A DNA stretch of 63,916 nucleotides, counting the filler, from Lenisia limosa (lineage: Eukaryota > Protista > Breviatea): assembly GCA_001655205.1 (NCBI GenBank). It is 11 parts of 11 records of this genome, joined end to end, with 100 filler letters (N's around TTAATTAATTAA, not from the genome) between each part and the next. Parts side by side here need not be neighbours in the genome. Positions count along the whole stretch, not along the records: positions 39,906 to 43,560 come from LPNZ01004650.1; positions 43,661 to 46,613 come from LPNZ01008952.1; positions 46,714 to 59,271 come from LPNZ01003732.1; 8 more parts are not named here. One strand, 5' to 3'. The stretch's first letter is position 1. The number at the start of each line of letters is the position of its first letter. Positions 40,278-52,200 of this stretch are shown piece after piece. Made by a program: the position numbers and the translations under genes. Under the pieces are notes generated by a model. It saw only the letters and a list, made by a program, of their open reading frames with translations, made no database searches and had not been told where the DNA came from.

Positions 40278-41069
40278 ATGGCTCCTAAAAATTTTCAAAT
40301 TATTGTTAGAGGTGAATATAACAGTTCTCAAACGAATCCTATTTATTATAACGGCTCTGAGTTTGATTTAAATCACGATGCATATGAGTTTAGAATTGTG
40401 AATGCAAGGTGTGTTGTAGCTCATAAGAATATCAAAAAAGATTATAAAGATAAATTTGTTATGTCTGATGGTGTTAAAGACTATACCATAACACTAGATC
40501 CCGGTAATTATTATGCTTCACCATTATTTGACGAAATAATTGGACAACTGTATGAGAATTATTACAATGATTTTCTCGTAGATGTAGATGGACAATCAAC
40601 CTTTCAAGAACCTTTTTCTATTTCAGATATCCCTGCTAAAGGAAAAATTAAAATTATACGAGCAGATTCCAAGTATACAATTGATTTTATCCAGTCAACA
40701 TCTCTTTCTTTATTAGGTTTTACTGAACAAGTTCCTATTGAGAATAATGGGTTAAATGAATATTACGTGGGTAATCTCCCTCCTCATACAAGTAATGGAA
40801 TCAGTGTTTACAATATTATTTCAAATTATATTAAACAGAATGGTGGAGGAAAAGATAATAAGATAATGGCTACTCAGATGATAAATGTTGCACCATTTGA
40901 ATTTTTAGATTTTCAAACAAATATAGAACCTTCTTGGTATTTGTATAATAATAATAAAGTTGATAATAATTTATACTTTACTTTCACTGATAATAATAAT
41001 AAGAACATTGATATGGGTGAAGAAGAAAGTTATATGGTTGTGCAATTTAGAAAAGTTGAAGAAAAATAG
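40278..41069 (+). CDS. Minor capsid protein (penton, single jelly roll), Polinton/PLV type
   Basis: 263 aa with penton-type motifs YEF, NI...KF, TITLDPGNY, IDF...SL.LLGF, PSWY and F.D.N...IDM.EE. Confidence 0.8.
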   Translation: MAPKNFQIIVRGEYNSSQTNPIYYNGSEFDLNHDAYEFRIVNARCVVAHKNIKKDYKDKFVMSDGVKDYTITLDPGNYYASPLFDEIIGQLYENYYNDFLVDVDGQSTFQEPFSISDIPAKGKIKIIRADSKYTIDFIQSTSLSLLGFTEQVPIENNGLNEYYVGNLPPHTSNGISVYNIISNYIKQNGGGKDNKIMATQMINVAPFEFLDFQTNIEPSWYLYNNNKVDNNLYFTFTDNNNKNIDMGEEESYMVVQFRKVEEK

Positions 41070-41110
41070 AAAAGATTAAAATGATAATTAAAAAATTTAT
41101 TTCTCTATAA

Positions 41111-41275
41111 ATGGTGCGAAGAAATTTAATACTATTCGAAGAGGAAGAAATTAAAAATGAGGTTGTAAAGAAAGTTGAAATAGAAATTCCAAAGAAAGTA
41201 AAATCAAAATATAGACCAAAAGAATTAAGAACTAATAAACTTGAAAAACACATTTGGAAAAATTTAGTATCATAA
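41111..41275 (+). CDS. Small K/E-rich viral ORF, 54 aa (not in the ORF track)
   Basis: MVRRNLILFEEEEIKNEVVKKVEIEIPKKVKSKYRPKELRTNKLEKHIWKNLVS*. It fills the penton-MCP gap and has the same upstream motif as its neighbours. Confidence 0.6.
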   Translation: MVRRNLILFEEEEIKNEVVKKVEIEIPKKVKSKYRPKELRTNKLEKHIWKNLVS

Positions 41276-41327
41276 AAAGTAGATAAATTTAAAAAATTAA
41301 AAAATTATTTTTTTAGCTACAAAAATA

Positions 41328-42840
41328 ATGACAAACTATTCAACTAAAATTTCGGATAACTCAAAAGACATCTTTAATGAAAGTGTTCTCTCACCACTTT
41401 TTGGAGAAGTGGTTGGAGGAAAATTAACTTCTCAACCTGATACTAGACATTATACTAATGCTATTAATAATAGTAACGGTACATCTCTTATAACATCTAC
41501 TACTGGTGGAGAAAGGTATAAATTCCCAATTCCAGCTAATACATATATTAAACCATCTCACATTCGTGTTATGTACCATGTAGAAAATAAGAATGGAAAT
41601 ACCTATGGTGAAGAAGCGGATGCCGACGCTAAAACCGAATTTGGTAATATTCAAATTAGAAATTGTAATTCATCAGTATTTAATAAAGTTGTTCTTCAAT
41701 ATGATGGGGATGACGATGAAGTTACGATTGAAAGACCCTATTTACAAGAATTAATATATAATATGAAACAACCAGGATCTCCAGATGATGAATTATCTAC
41801 TTCTTTTGTTAAACATGAGAATACTGTTCCTGCAAATAATAATTTGATTGATAAAGACAATAAATTTATTCGCAATATCGATGGAACAACTGAATATAAA
41901 CCTCGTAAATATGGTTTTTCATCTTTTAAAGAACGTGAAACTTTGTGTCAGCAAGTTGATAAAAGTGATAATAATCTTGGAGTTATAAATGTACCTCTTG
42001 ATTGGTTATTTAATGGAAATCAATTTTTCTCTAAAGGTGTTACATTTTCAGTATATCAGAACAATAGTAAAAATATTTTTAGTTTTGCTGAACACCCTGC
42101 TGATGCTGTATATACAACTAATGAAATTAATAGTTATGAATTTAAAATTCATTTTATGGAATTAATATATGATGAAATCCATCTTACTGAAGAATATAAA
42201 ACTAAAATCAAAGCATATCGCGACAAAGGTAATTCTATTGTAAATTTAGTTAATACTGTTTCATTTAAAAATAAATTAGATTTCCAAAATGATATAACTG
42301 ACAATCATGAATATAAGTTGAATAGGATTAAATTACCAAGTGCTGTACTTTTTGGTTTTATGCCAGTTGATAATGCTGATACAATACATAATTTTAACAG
42401 TGATAATAGTTTTTACGGAGCTTCTGCCGATGGAGCCGGAGTTAAACATAATCGTCGTAAATTATCTGAACAAAGAACAACTTTACCTTATGATAAATTT
42501 AATCTAAAGAATTATCATATTAAATATACTGGTGATGATAATGTTGAAACTAATATCCCTAATAATCCTATTACACTCAAACAACATCCTGATAAAACAT
42601 ATGAAACATTTGATGTATATAAACGTTTTATTCGTTACTTTGGAGATAAGTGTCCTATTGATTNNNNNNNNNNNNNNNNNNNNNNNNNNNNNNNNNNNNN
42701 NNNNNNNNNNNNNNNNNNNNNNNNNNNNNNNNNNNNNNNNNCCTCCTCCTGGTTATGAATTAGTTGTCCTCCCTATTTATAATAATATCTTTACTCAAGA
42801 AGGAACTGCGGGTGAATATAAAATTAATAAACGTGTTTAA
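41328..42840 (+). CDS. Double-jelly-roll major capsid protein, Polinton (PY)/PLV type, ~500 aa with an internal N gap
   Basis: Colinear with the Polinton MCP consensus: FPIPANTYI, SVFNKV..YDG, PYLQELI, VPLDWLF.GNQF..GV, FKI..MEL....I.LT, KLPSAVLFGF, F.L..Y.I...IP..PI. Continues after gap 42664-42741 as GYELVVLPIYNNIF...KRV*. Confidence 0.85.
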
Positions 42841-42889
42841 AATATAACAACTAAAAAATATAAAAAATTATTTTTTTATCTCTAAAAAT

Positions 42890-43522
42890 ATGTCAGTGAA
42901 TTATCCCAATGTAAATGAACAACCTCCTCCTCCATATAATCCATATAGTACACCAACTTATGATTGTGGGGAGCACGAAGCTCCAGATGGTAAACGTAAC
43001 ACACCTTGTCCGAAATGTAAAAAAATAAATAAAGAATTAAAACCAGCTGTTACAAAAGAAGAAATTAATTATGAACAACTAGATAGAACTAATAAACTTA
43101 TTCATGATTTCAATGATTTTGGTTATAATATTTTGGTTAAGAGAGCTCCAAGTGATGGTGTATATCTTAGAGATTTAACTTATGGAAAGAAATTAATAAA
43201 GATAGCACCTTGTGATGATAAATATCATACAGTTTTAATCAAACAATCTAAGTTTGAGGAATTATATCACAATATAAGTTTAGATGTTGATGGTGTTAAG
43301 AATCATTTAAATCAAGTACAAAAACAAAACGGGTCCTGTTGGAAATATTTGTTTGATGAAGATTATAAGAAAAAAGTTCTTCTACCAAATCAGAGAGATA
43401 TTTTAATCCCAAGTTTCTTACAAAGACATAAAAAGTTAACCACTATTACGACAGGAATTACAATCTTTATGGCTCTCACTAATTTTCTTTTTCCCGGGTT
43501 TAGCGCCGCAGATTACTTATGA
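42890..43522 (+). CDS. Unknown viral membrane protein: N-terminal PPPPY, putative C-x2-H...C-x2-C zinc site, C-terminal TM helix
   Basis: 210 aa containing QPPPPYNPY, DCGEH...PCPKC and the hydrophobic tail LTTITTGITIFMALTNFLFPGF. Confidence 0.7.
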   Translation: MSVNYPNVNEQPPPPYNPYSTPTYDCGEHEAPDGKRNTPCPKCKKINKELKPAVTKEEINYEQLDRTNKLIHDFNDFGYNILVKRAPSDGVYLRDLTYGKKLIKIAPCDDKYHTVLIKQSKFEELYHNISLDVDGVKNHLNQVQKQNGSCWKYLFDEDYKKKVLLPNQRDILIPSFLQRHKKLTTITTGITIFMALTNFLFPGFSAADYL

Positions 43523-43764
43523 ATATGATTTTAATATTTCTGGTGGAAATAAAAGTTAAANNNNNNNNNNNNNNNNNNNNNNNNNNNNNNNNNNNNNNNN
43601 NNNNTTAATTAATTAANNNNNNNNNNNNNNNNNNNNNNNNNNNNNNNNNNNNNNNNNNNNGAGCTGATGATGGTATTTGTTCTTCGTCAACTGATATGTT
43701 TTAGCCGCTCCGTCTCCATGTTTTTATACGTGAACGAAAATTGCAAAAGAAAGAAATACTATCA

Positions 43765-45440
43765 GTCACACCTTCCTCCTCCCTCAGCTGCATAAAGGCC
43801 TGTCTCCAAGCCTCCTGTCGAGAATGGTTCCGGGGGTCCAGCCATGAGCGGATCTACAGTGAATAAAACAAAGGCCAATATATGATATTTACCATGTTAA
43901 AAAACTCAAAAGTCAAAGTATTATTCTCCATAACCATTCTGCCTTTCCAAAAATGTCTTGCTGCCAACCTGAGAGGCGTCAGCAGCCATTTTGGTGGAGT
44001 CACTGTCAATAAATCTGGAATATAAGATAACAGAAGGTTATCGGGCAGCAATTATATTGTTTCCAATCCTCCAAAAGTGTACGCAACCCACTTGTTCTTA
44101 TTTGACACCGAAAAGCAGGGGTCGATCTTTTTGATCCGATTGTCACTTTCTTCTATCGGCTTGAGGAGATTGAGCGCCAAAATGGCCACGTTATGGATAA
44201 AGCCTAAAGTGTTGTGAGGAACAAGCCTAGCGCATTTTAATATATGTAGCAATGAGAAAGAAAAAAACAAGGTTGTATCTGGCCNNNNNNNNNNNNNNNN
44301 NNNNNNNNNNNNNNNNNNNNNNNNNNNNNNNNNNNNNNNNNNNNNNNNNNNNNNNNNNNNNNNNNNNNNNNNNNNNNNNNNNNNCGTACAACACTGTACA
44401 CACAGCTTTCTGCGTGCCTCCCCACAGTAATTTGGGTTTATTTTCTTTCAAATTCCAAGAGCGCACCAAGAGGGGCAACATAGACGTGCTCGGACATTGA
44501 GATGTGCGTTCGGCCGCAAGCCTTGGACTCGTCCAAAAGGGCAGCCAGCCAGCGCAGGAGAGATTGTCTAGACTCCGCCCCGGCCTTGAATGGGTGAATC
44601 GGGTTATCTTGTGATGGAAGGTCATTTTCTAGCATTTTTGTTTATGCATCAAATTTCAAGGGGTTGGGGGCATATTGCTACAATATTAATCTCATGGTGA
44701 AATAATGTTTAGTTGGCTGCGTACCAAGATAGCATTATCCATCAAACGTTACCTTCATTTCCCATCACAGCCCTCACCGAAAAGATGAAGTGGAACGTCC
44801 GGAAGAGCTGCCTGAGGTAGTCTGAGTACTCGGCATTCACCAAGTTGATGGCCGTTTGAGTCTCGACCTGATAAGTGATGCTTTCAGTGCCAAAACAGGT
44901 TTGGTAATGTTTGAATGGCTTTACACCAGTTAATCTAAGCCCCCCTCCCCTCCACTCCAACTGGCTCTGCTTATGGAAAAACCACAGCAGTGTTGGTGCT
45001 GATTAAATATCATGTATATTACTTAGATTGTCGTTTTGACATTTGATATTAACAAAACAATTATATGCGTATCATATGAGGCATCATAATAAGGCTTAAA
45101 AAGAAGATTATCCCTTTAACAAGCCAACCCTCGCAGAGTGGCTTTGGTTGGAGGCGTCAAAGCCCTGCAGGTGCTTCATCAGAAATTGCTCCGACGGTCC
45201 GTGCGGCGGTCTCGAAATGAAGTTTTGAATCTAAGTATGTATTGGAGTGAACAGTTTAAAAAATCCAAGAGGTAAGGACCGTAGTATGAGTAACCCGAGC
45301 AGAAGGGTGTGTTCATACGTAAGATGGATAGAAGATAGACGCCAGGACTGAGGTGCAGAAGAGACGAACGGGTCTTTTGAATTTGGCTGCGTTTTCATAA
45401 TCCTCCGCTTCTTGATTCAGACGTCGCGCTACTGCTTGCT
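43765..45440 (-). CDS. Ubiquitin conjugation factor E4 (UFD2/UBE4-like), internal exons
   Basis: Spliced SRQSLLRWLAALLDE...VAPLGFIHNVAILALNLLKPIEESDNRIKKIDP matches the Ufd2 core (L.WL...L..N; GF..N....L..L..PF....KI.KID). Confidence 0.7.
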
Positions 45441-46940
45441 GGGGAGGGGGGGGGGAGGTAAAATGAAGGAAATTTCGATGAAGAATACTGGCGTAAAGAT
45501 ACTAATCACGAATCGAAAAATCTAAAACCCCTAACAAACAAAAAGCAACAAAAAAAAAGCAATAACTACACGGGCAACCACTAAAACTAGAAAAAAACCA
45601 GATGACAAAAAACAAAACAAAGCAACAACTACCCTTTAAACCGAGATTGGAATGAAAAATTATGACGTGTCACAGATCCTGCTCTGACCAGTTACTGACC
45701 AAGACCTCTTAAATAAACAACGATGCAGCTCCTGTTTCAGAAGAGGAAGACGGGTCATGGTGAACATCGAGGTGGGTTTCCGTTTTGCTTCCCTTATTGT
45801 TTCTCGAAACTGCACCTCATCTGGTCTTCACCTGTTCACTGTTTGAAGAAGACCCACCTGACGATGTCCTTTGCCGCCAGATTCATGTTTCCTTCGGCCG
45901 CCAGTTCCGAACTCTGATCCACCCATCAAGCGCTCTCTGATCTTTACCTCCGTGTTGCACGGCAGTTTTCAGAGATATTCGGGCGACTCTGACACCAAGA
46001 AAGCACATACTCACATAAGTAAATATTCTTTCTCAGAAACCATCAAAAAACCATATTTCAGAGGTGAGGGTGGCATTATTTTTTGCTTCAATCACTGTTT
46101 CACTACTTTAAAGAAGTTGGTAGTCGCAGGACCCCTAATCGTTTATTATAGTTGAAATTGCGTCTCATATACATGTACCTGATCAGATATAAGACTTATC
46201 AGATTTTGACTTTCCTCAGAATCTTTACAAATAATGGTGGCTAGAAATCAGTCGACTGTTATGACTTAATTAGTGAGGGGGGTCATCCAATATATCATAT
46301 AGGTGACCANNNNNNNNNNNNNNNNNNNNNNNNNNNNNNNNNNNNNNNNNNNNNNNNNNNNNNNNNNNNNNNNNNNNNNNNNNNNNNNNNNNNNNNNNNN
46401 NNNNNNNNNNNNNNNNNNNNNNNNNNNNNNNNNNNNNNNNNNNNNNNNNNNNNNNNNNNNNNNNNNNNNNNNNNNNNNNNNNNNNNNNNNNNNNNNNNNN
46501 NNNNNNNNNNNNNNNNNNNNNNNNNNNNNNNNNNNNNNNNNNNNNNNNNNNNNNNNNNNNTGAGAAGAAGACCCCTTTCAAACACGTCTTCAAATTGAAA
46601 AAAAAGTATGCTCNNNNNNNNNNNNNNNNNNNNNNNNNNNNNNNNNNNNNNNNNNNNTTAATTAATTAANNNNNNNNNNNNNNNNNNNNNNNNNNNNNNN
46701 NNNNNNNNNNNNNGACCGTCCGCCCCTCTTCCCTCCACTAAGTACGCCTGAACAACTCGCTACAATGCAGTCAGAAAGGCTCAATTTACTGTTCAATGAA
46801 GGTGGTGATATCCGATACAATACAACCTTTATATTTTCCACTTTTCTGCGTAAAATAATTTGGACTTGAGTATTCCTTCTTTCATTAGAAGATATTGATA
46901 CACCGGTAAAATAAATATATGTACATGTAGTATATAGCTA

Positions 46941-47023
46941 TAGGGCAAGACCATTAAAATATCGATAGATTCCAAGGACTTATCAAAAAATTCAGTCTTT
47001 TTTTGAACCGAAGTGAAACTCTA
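46941..47023. mobile_element. MITE family A, degenerate copy
   Basis: TAGGGC start, internal AAATATCGATAG...AAATTCAGTCTTTT, GAACCGAAGTGAAACTCTA end. Confidence 0.65.
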
Positions 47024-47589
47024 AGTATATAATATCATATATATCATATATTATATATCGATATATGATATGTATATACATGTATATATGTATATGCTCG
47101 AGGGCCTAAACTATGTCGTTAATTCGAATTATTGTCGTTAATTCAATTTTCTATGACTCTCTTTTTCATGTTACGGTCAACTTCACAACAATTTAACTCG
47201 TAAAAAAGGACATNNNNNNNNNNNNNNNNNNNNNNNNNNNNNNNNNNNNNNNNNNNNNNNNNNNNNNNNNNNNNNNNNNNNNNNNNNNNNNNNNNNNNNN
47301 NNNNNNNNNNNNNNNNNNNNNNNNNNNNNNNNNNNNNNNNNNNNNNNNNNNNNNNNNNNNNNNNNNNNNNNNNNNNNNNNNNNNNNNNNNNNNNNNNNNN
47401 NNNNNNNNNNNNNAAAATATATTACTGTTTTGAAGGGGAATAGTTGATTTGGCGACCGTAAATAATTAACGACATGAATTCGAAATAACGACATAATTTT
47501 GAACCTTGAGCATATACTATATAATATTATAATTACATGTATAATATGTATTATCTGTACAATCATAAGAAGAAAGACATTGTTCATCA

Positions 47590-50500
47590 CACCAAGTCCC
47601 TCCCTTCCTACTGACGAAAGCCCCTGGTCCGACAAAGTAATGGCGTCATAATTGGTAGTTGCCTGCACCCTGGAAATGTCGCCGGAGGACACCGTGATGG
47701 CTAAAGAGCCAATGAAAACACGACAGTATTCGGCTATTGTGGAATGTTTTAAAGTTGGCATCATATCAAATTGACCTATTATAAGCGAGATAAAGATCAA
47801 AACAAGTGCATTACAGTCCCGACATATTATGTAACTATGTTGAAACCACAAAAAGGTGACAACCGTCTCCCTTACATATGACATACTACTCAAAGAAATG
47901 CCACCCCCCCCCCCACATGGAGTTACGCCTTCTGACGTCAGTAGTTTCACTTCTGAGAAAGCATACTCCCCTCGGTCAATGTATCCACCCTGTTTGGGGA
48001 ACAATTTAAGTGAAACAACCAAAAAAAGGCAGATTATATACGCGGTTACTTTGAACCATTATTCGCCTCTCAACCTACCGCACTCTCCACTTTGAACGAG
48101 AGAACGTCACAGCCGCCCAACGCTCGGGTCAATGCGGAGCTATATGAGTAAGAAGTGTGGTGGGAAACTGAAAAATTGGGAGGGGATAAAGAAGTAATTG
48201 GCCGAGTTGATGTGTCACCAAATATAAATGAGATTAATATGTGAAATGCCATTCTTACCTTTCAAGAAGAATAGGGAGGGTCAGAGAAATTTGAGACGCA
48301 CCAGTCTATAACATGTTAATGGAAGCAACTAAGGCTCCACATGACTCTAAAAATAAGACTACTTTCCAAGTAGCTGAACCACACTTACTTAACAGAAACT
48401 AAGATGGTTATAACACCCCCACTAACAGTGTTAAGACTGGTGCAATGCGTACTGGCCGCCGAATCCACAGTCAAACTCCTTCCTTCGAAGGGGGGAAGAA
48501 GGGGGGATGAGACCTCATGCAGAGTCGCAATACCGACATATCCGACAAAGAGACGACCGTCATGAAGCACCACAGTCACCATGTTTTGATCGACGTTAGT
48601 AGTGATGATCTTGGAGGTGAGGATGATGACGACTACGCGAGGGTTTAATAGCAGGGCTTCACCTTGTCACAAAATATCTACAAACGAATTCTTACATCAA
48701 GAACTTCAGAGGTGATAGGTCCAGACAGAGGTGTCAGTGTCAGCTTCATGAAAGCAAGGCCTAGGCGGGTGAAAAGACCACTGACAAACAAATTTTGTGA
48801 ATATTTAGTTCTAAAAACAAAAACAACAAAAAAAAAAAAAAAAAAAAAAANNNNNNNNNNNNNNNNNNNNNNNNNNNNNNNNNNNNNNNNNNNNNNNNNN
48901 NNNNNCATCGCCTCCGATGAACACCTCTCCTGTACCAAAATGACTCGTTGTCATCACCACTGGTTGCGTCTATGTGGTCACTTCAACAAACAAAGAGATG
49001 TCGAATCATCAAGCCCGAACATTTGCTCTCTATATTTTGCTATGTCAATAAGTAAAGAGCAAGTGTTTCAGATATAGCGATTAACTGATACGTACGGATT
49101 TGTAAGGGCCTTTGTCAGCCCAAGTCATTCCAATGCTCCATGTGGCTATGCTAATATCGTAAACCACGGTCTGGACAGACCCGTCAGCCAATTCGAAAAT
49201 CTGGAGTGCCATGAGAAAGATTAAGTACAGTGCTGATAAGAAGTATACAATGCATGTTAAGAGCATGTACACGCCTGAGGAAATCCAACCCACAACAAGG
49301 AGTCTCTTTGGAACGGCAATGACGTTAATGTCAAGAATTTTAGTTGGCGTAGTAGGAAGGTTGCTTGGAAGCGCCAGAGCAGAAAATGTCAACCCCGAGT
49401 CAACTACAGAATAAGCGAAACAACTCTGCTAAGATTGGTGTATTATATCCTCAATCTATTTGAAAGAAACCAATAATATCTACAAAAAAATCAACTATGG
49501 GAAATGTCAAAATGAATGCTCTCAACAACCCCCATATTCCCACTGGAAAAAGAGATTGCCATACTGGTTGCATCATACACTGCAACAACTTGAGACTGTT
49601 GCCTGCGAAGGGGTAAGGCAAATAAGTTGTATTGTATGCTTTATGAACAATCCAACACAAAAAATCACTTCATGTTGTGAAAGGTGTGAAGCTTGTTGTT
49701 CAAAGTATCTCAACGATACCTGAGAAATAGAACCCTTCCTACAGCTCAGCTGTGCACAGCATATCAGGGGCACCATTAGGAGTTGAGATGGTGGCGGAGG
49801 GGGGGACAGTACCATTGGCCTTTAACCAGGGCAGTTCACTCAGATACAACCCATCAGAAGATGACACAAGAAGTCTAGAGTTGAGGAAAGCTGCATCCGC
49901 AATGTCAGCTGCAGCAGTGAGAGTCGGGTCATACGAAAGGACGATAACGTGTAGAATATGGCTGAGCGGGATAAAAATCATTTGAAGACGTAAAATTACG
50001 CCAAAACAATAAGAGCAACAAAGAGAAAGACCTCCTCACGAGGTCCGTTCACAACAGTCATAGCATAGACCCTTCGAAAGTATGACTGGGTGACGATCAG
50101 ACGGCTCAGATCCTCAGATACCGTGACGGCCAGTGTTGGCGAGCATCTGAGGGGTGAGTGGTACAATTCCAACAAAGTAAAGGGAGGAAGGAGAATGAGG
50201 AATATGGCATAAGATGAAATGGACCTACGGATCAGTTTTCCATTTAATGGGTTCTGTGAATGCTGGAATTGTGGACATGGCAACAGGTGTGGCTAAAACA
50301 GTGAGCTCATGATAAACATGGGAAATGCTGATGTAGAAGACTCCTGGTCTAATAATATAATAGTTGTTGCTTATTGATCCAAACGGATAAGGAGAGAAAA
50401 GGGCCCACTTGGTAAGGTAAGGAACGATGAAAGGTCTATAGCAACTGCCATGGTGGAGAGGTATGGAGACACGCTGCAGCCCAAAACGGCTACTGAATGT

Positions 50501-52200
50501 TTGCCACTGATTTTTATCTTAGGCCATTAACGCAAATGTTGGAACATTAGATTAAGACCAATCCTTAAAATGTCCACAAACGGTACCGATACGATTATGG
50601 CTTCACTGCTATCACAAATAGACTTCATTTCTTGAAATAACTCTAATGAGGATGTATGTACTGGCCTTTCTTTCACAAGAACGCCCCAAACCCTCCATAC
50701 AGTGAGAGACGCCGGATTCATTGCAGCCATGCTGACAACCCAGCCTTTGTATTCAGACGAAAGCGTGGCTATGTGGCTGGTCCCCCCAATGGTCACAACA
50801 GGCTCCTCCCCTAGGGGGTTAGTACAAGGAATTTCACCCATGATCATATCATAGCCCCGCACCAAGAATTGCTCATATCATAGCCCCGCACCAAGAATTG
50901 CGAAAGAGCGCGAGAGACCCTTGTCCTCATCGCTAGGTTTGGAATCCGATGTGGGGCTTGACGATACCCATATCAAAAGCTGCAGCAGTGAGTCGCCTTC
51001 ATTCCACAGTGGAGACACCCCACGTTGTTTTGGATTCACGGCTACCCACCTCAAACTCCTTCCCGGCCACAACAGTAAAGCCATCGTCAGTAGTGGGCGA
51101 TACGGCCGCGTTCCTATGGCATCAGCATCCTTGGCAAAAGCCGAAGGGGTGGAGGAGGTAAACAAGTAAGTAAAAAAAACACGTTTCATCTACCTGAGAC
51201 AAGATCAGACCTGACCGTATTTTCAAAGTGGGTGGTGTGAAACACTAAGATTGGTTTCCCCTTGAGCCCCCAACCAAAAGTAGCAGCCTTGCGATGAATG
51301 GATGGTGACAGTGGTAGCATCAGCCGCGGATTCTAGCCCGTCAGGATAAACCCTGACAACTATGTCATTGGCCTTCTTGCAGGACTGAGGGGTGGAGTAA
51401 ACAACTTGTATCAAATTTTATAACTTTTGCCTCTGTTGCTCACCCAACAACTTTAATCCGTGCGAGTATCGCCAAATCCGCCCGTGGCTTACAAGGGTAG
51501 TGTCCTGGGTGTCGAAAACGGAGAGTACACACTCTGACGAGGCGGAAGAGCCCGACACTCCTGACCGAAGCAGGTCTGGTCCGGCCGAACCATCAGCCTC
51601 AAAAAGGGCATACTCATCTTGCGTCACGATCTGCCATACAGAAGCTGGAAATAGCTCAGATTGAGCAGCATTGGCTCCTGTGGTTTGGTTATTGTTTACA
51701 ATAGTGTTGCTATTGAAAGATACACAAAAAGACTATATGGTCGTAAAACGGAAGTAGCAAACATTTCATGGTACGATTTGCTGGAAATAACACACAAAAC
51801 CTGGTTGATACTCAATGGCTTTTGCGAAGAAAATAAAGAACATAAAATACACACTCCAAAGGAGAACAAATTGCCCACTGTTGAGCATAGTTCAAAACAA
51901 GATTACTCCAATACTCAACATTTTATGTTATATATTTTGTTATATATTCAATGAAGTTCTTCCTACCTTCAGCTGTCGCATTGACAAGTCCATAGTTGAC
52001 AAGACTTATCTCAGCGTTTACCACAAGTCTAAGGAGGTTAACCAATTGTTTCTCCTTTTATTATTTCTTATATCAGGTATAATATTAATTTAAGGAATAG
52101 AAGACGGTGGAAGTGCGCTGAAGCTCACAAAGATGAGTAACCCTCGTCTTTAGGAGTGATTGCGAACCGTCCATGCTGTTTATCAGCAATACACTGAGGT
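47590..52200 (-). CDS. Large unidentified multi-exon gene, beta-rich; contains a hydrophobic segment
   Basis: Consecutive minus-strand open exons (ORFs 51418, 51223, 50878, 50527, 49996, 49739, 49081, 48385, 48070, 47590-47990) with GT-AG boundaries. No family recognised. Confidence 0.5.

Larger units (their letters stand above)
39906..43560 (+). mobile_element. Polinton-like virus / Maverick fragment (virion morphogenesis module); whole scaffold
   Basis: Five intronless, co-directional, AT-rich ORFs separated by 28-52-nt spacers, with ATPase, penton and major-capsid signatures. Composition and gene structure are unlike the flanking host scaffolds. Confidence 0.85.

Noticed and set aside
41424-42840. 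ORFs 41047(-), 41424(-) and the N-terminal part of 42532(+)
   Set aside because: Shadow frames of the viral genes. Only the post-gap tail of 42532 is the MCP C-terminus.
47183-48022. 279-aa ORF in the track
   Set aside because: It reads through introns and a 200-N gap. Only two internal exons are plausibly coding.
50845-50902. 29-bp tandem duplication that breaks the reading frame
   Set aside because: It could be an assembly artefact or splice-resolved, and cannot be interpreted without reads.
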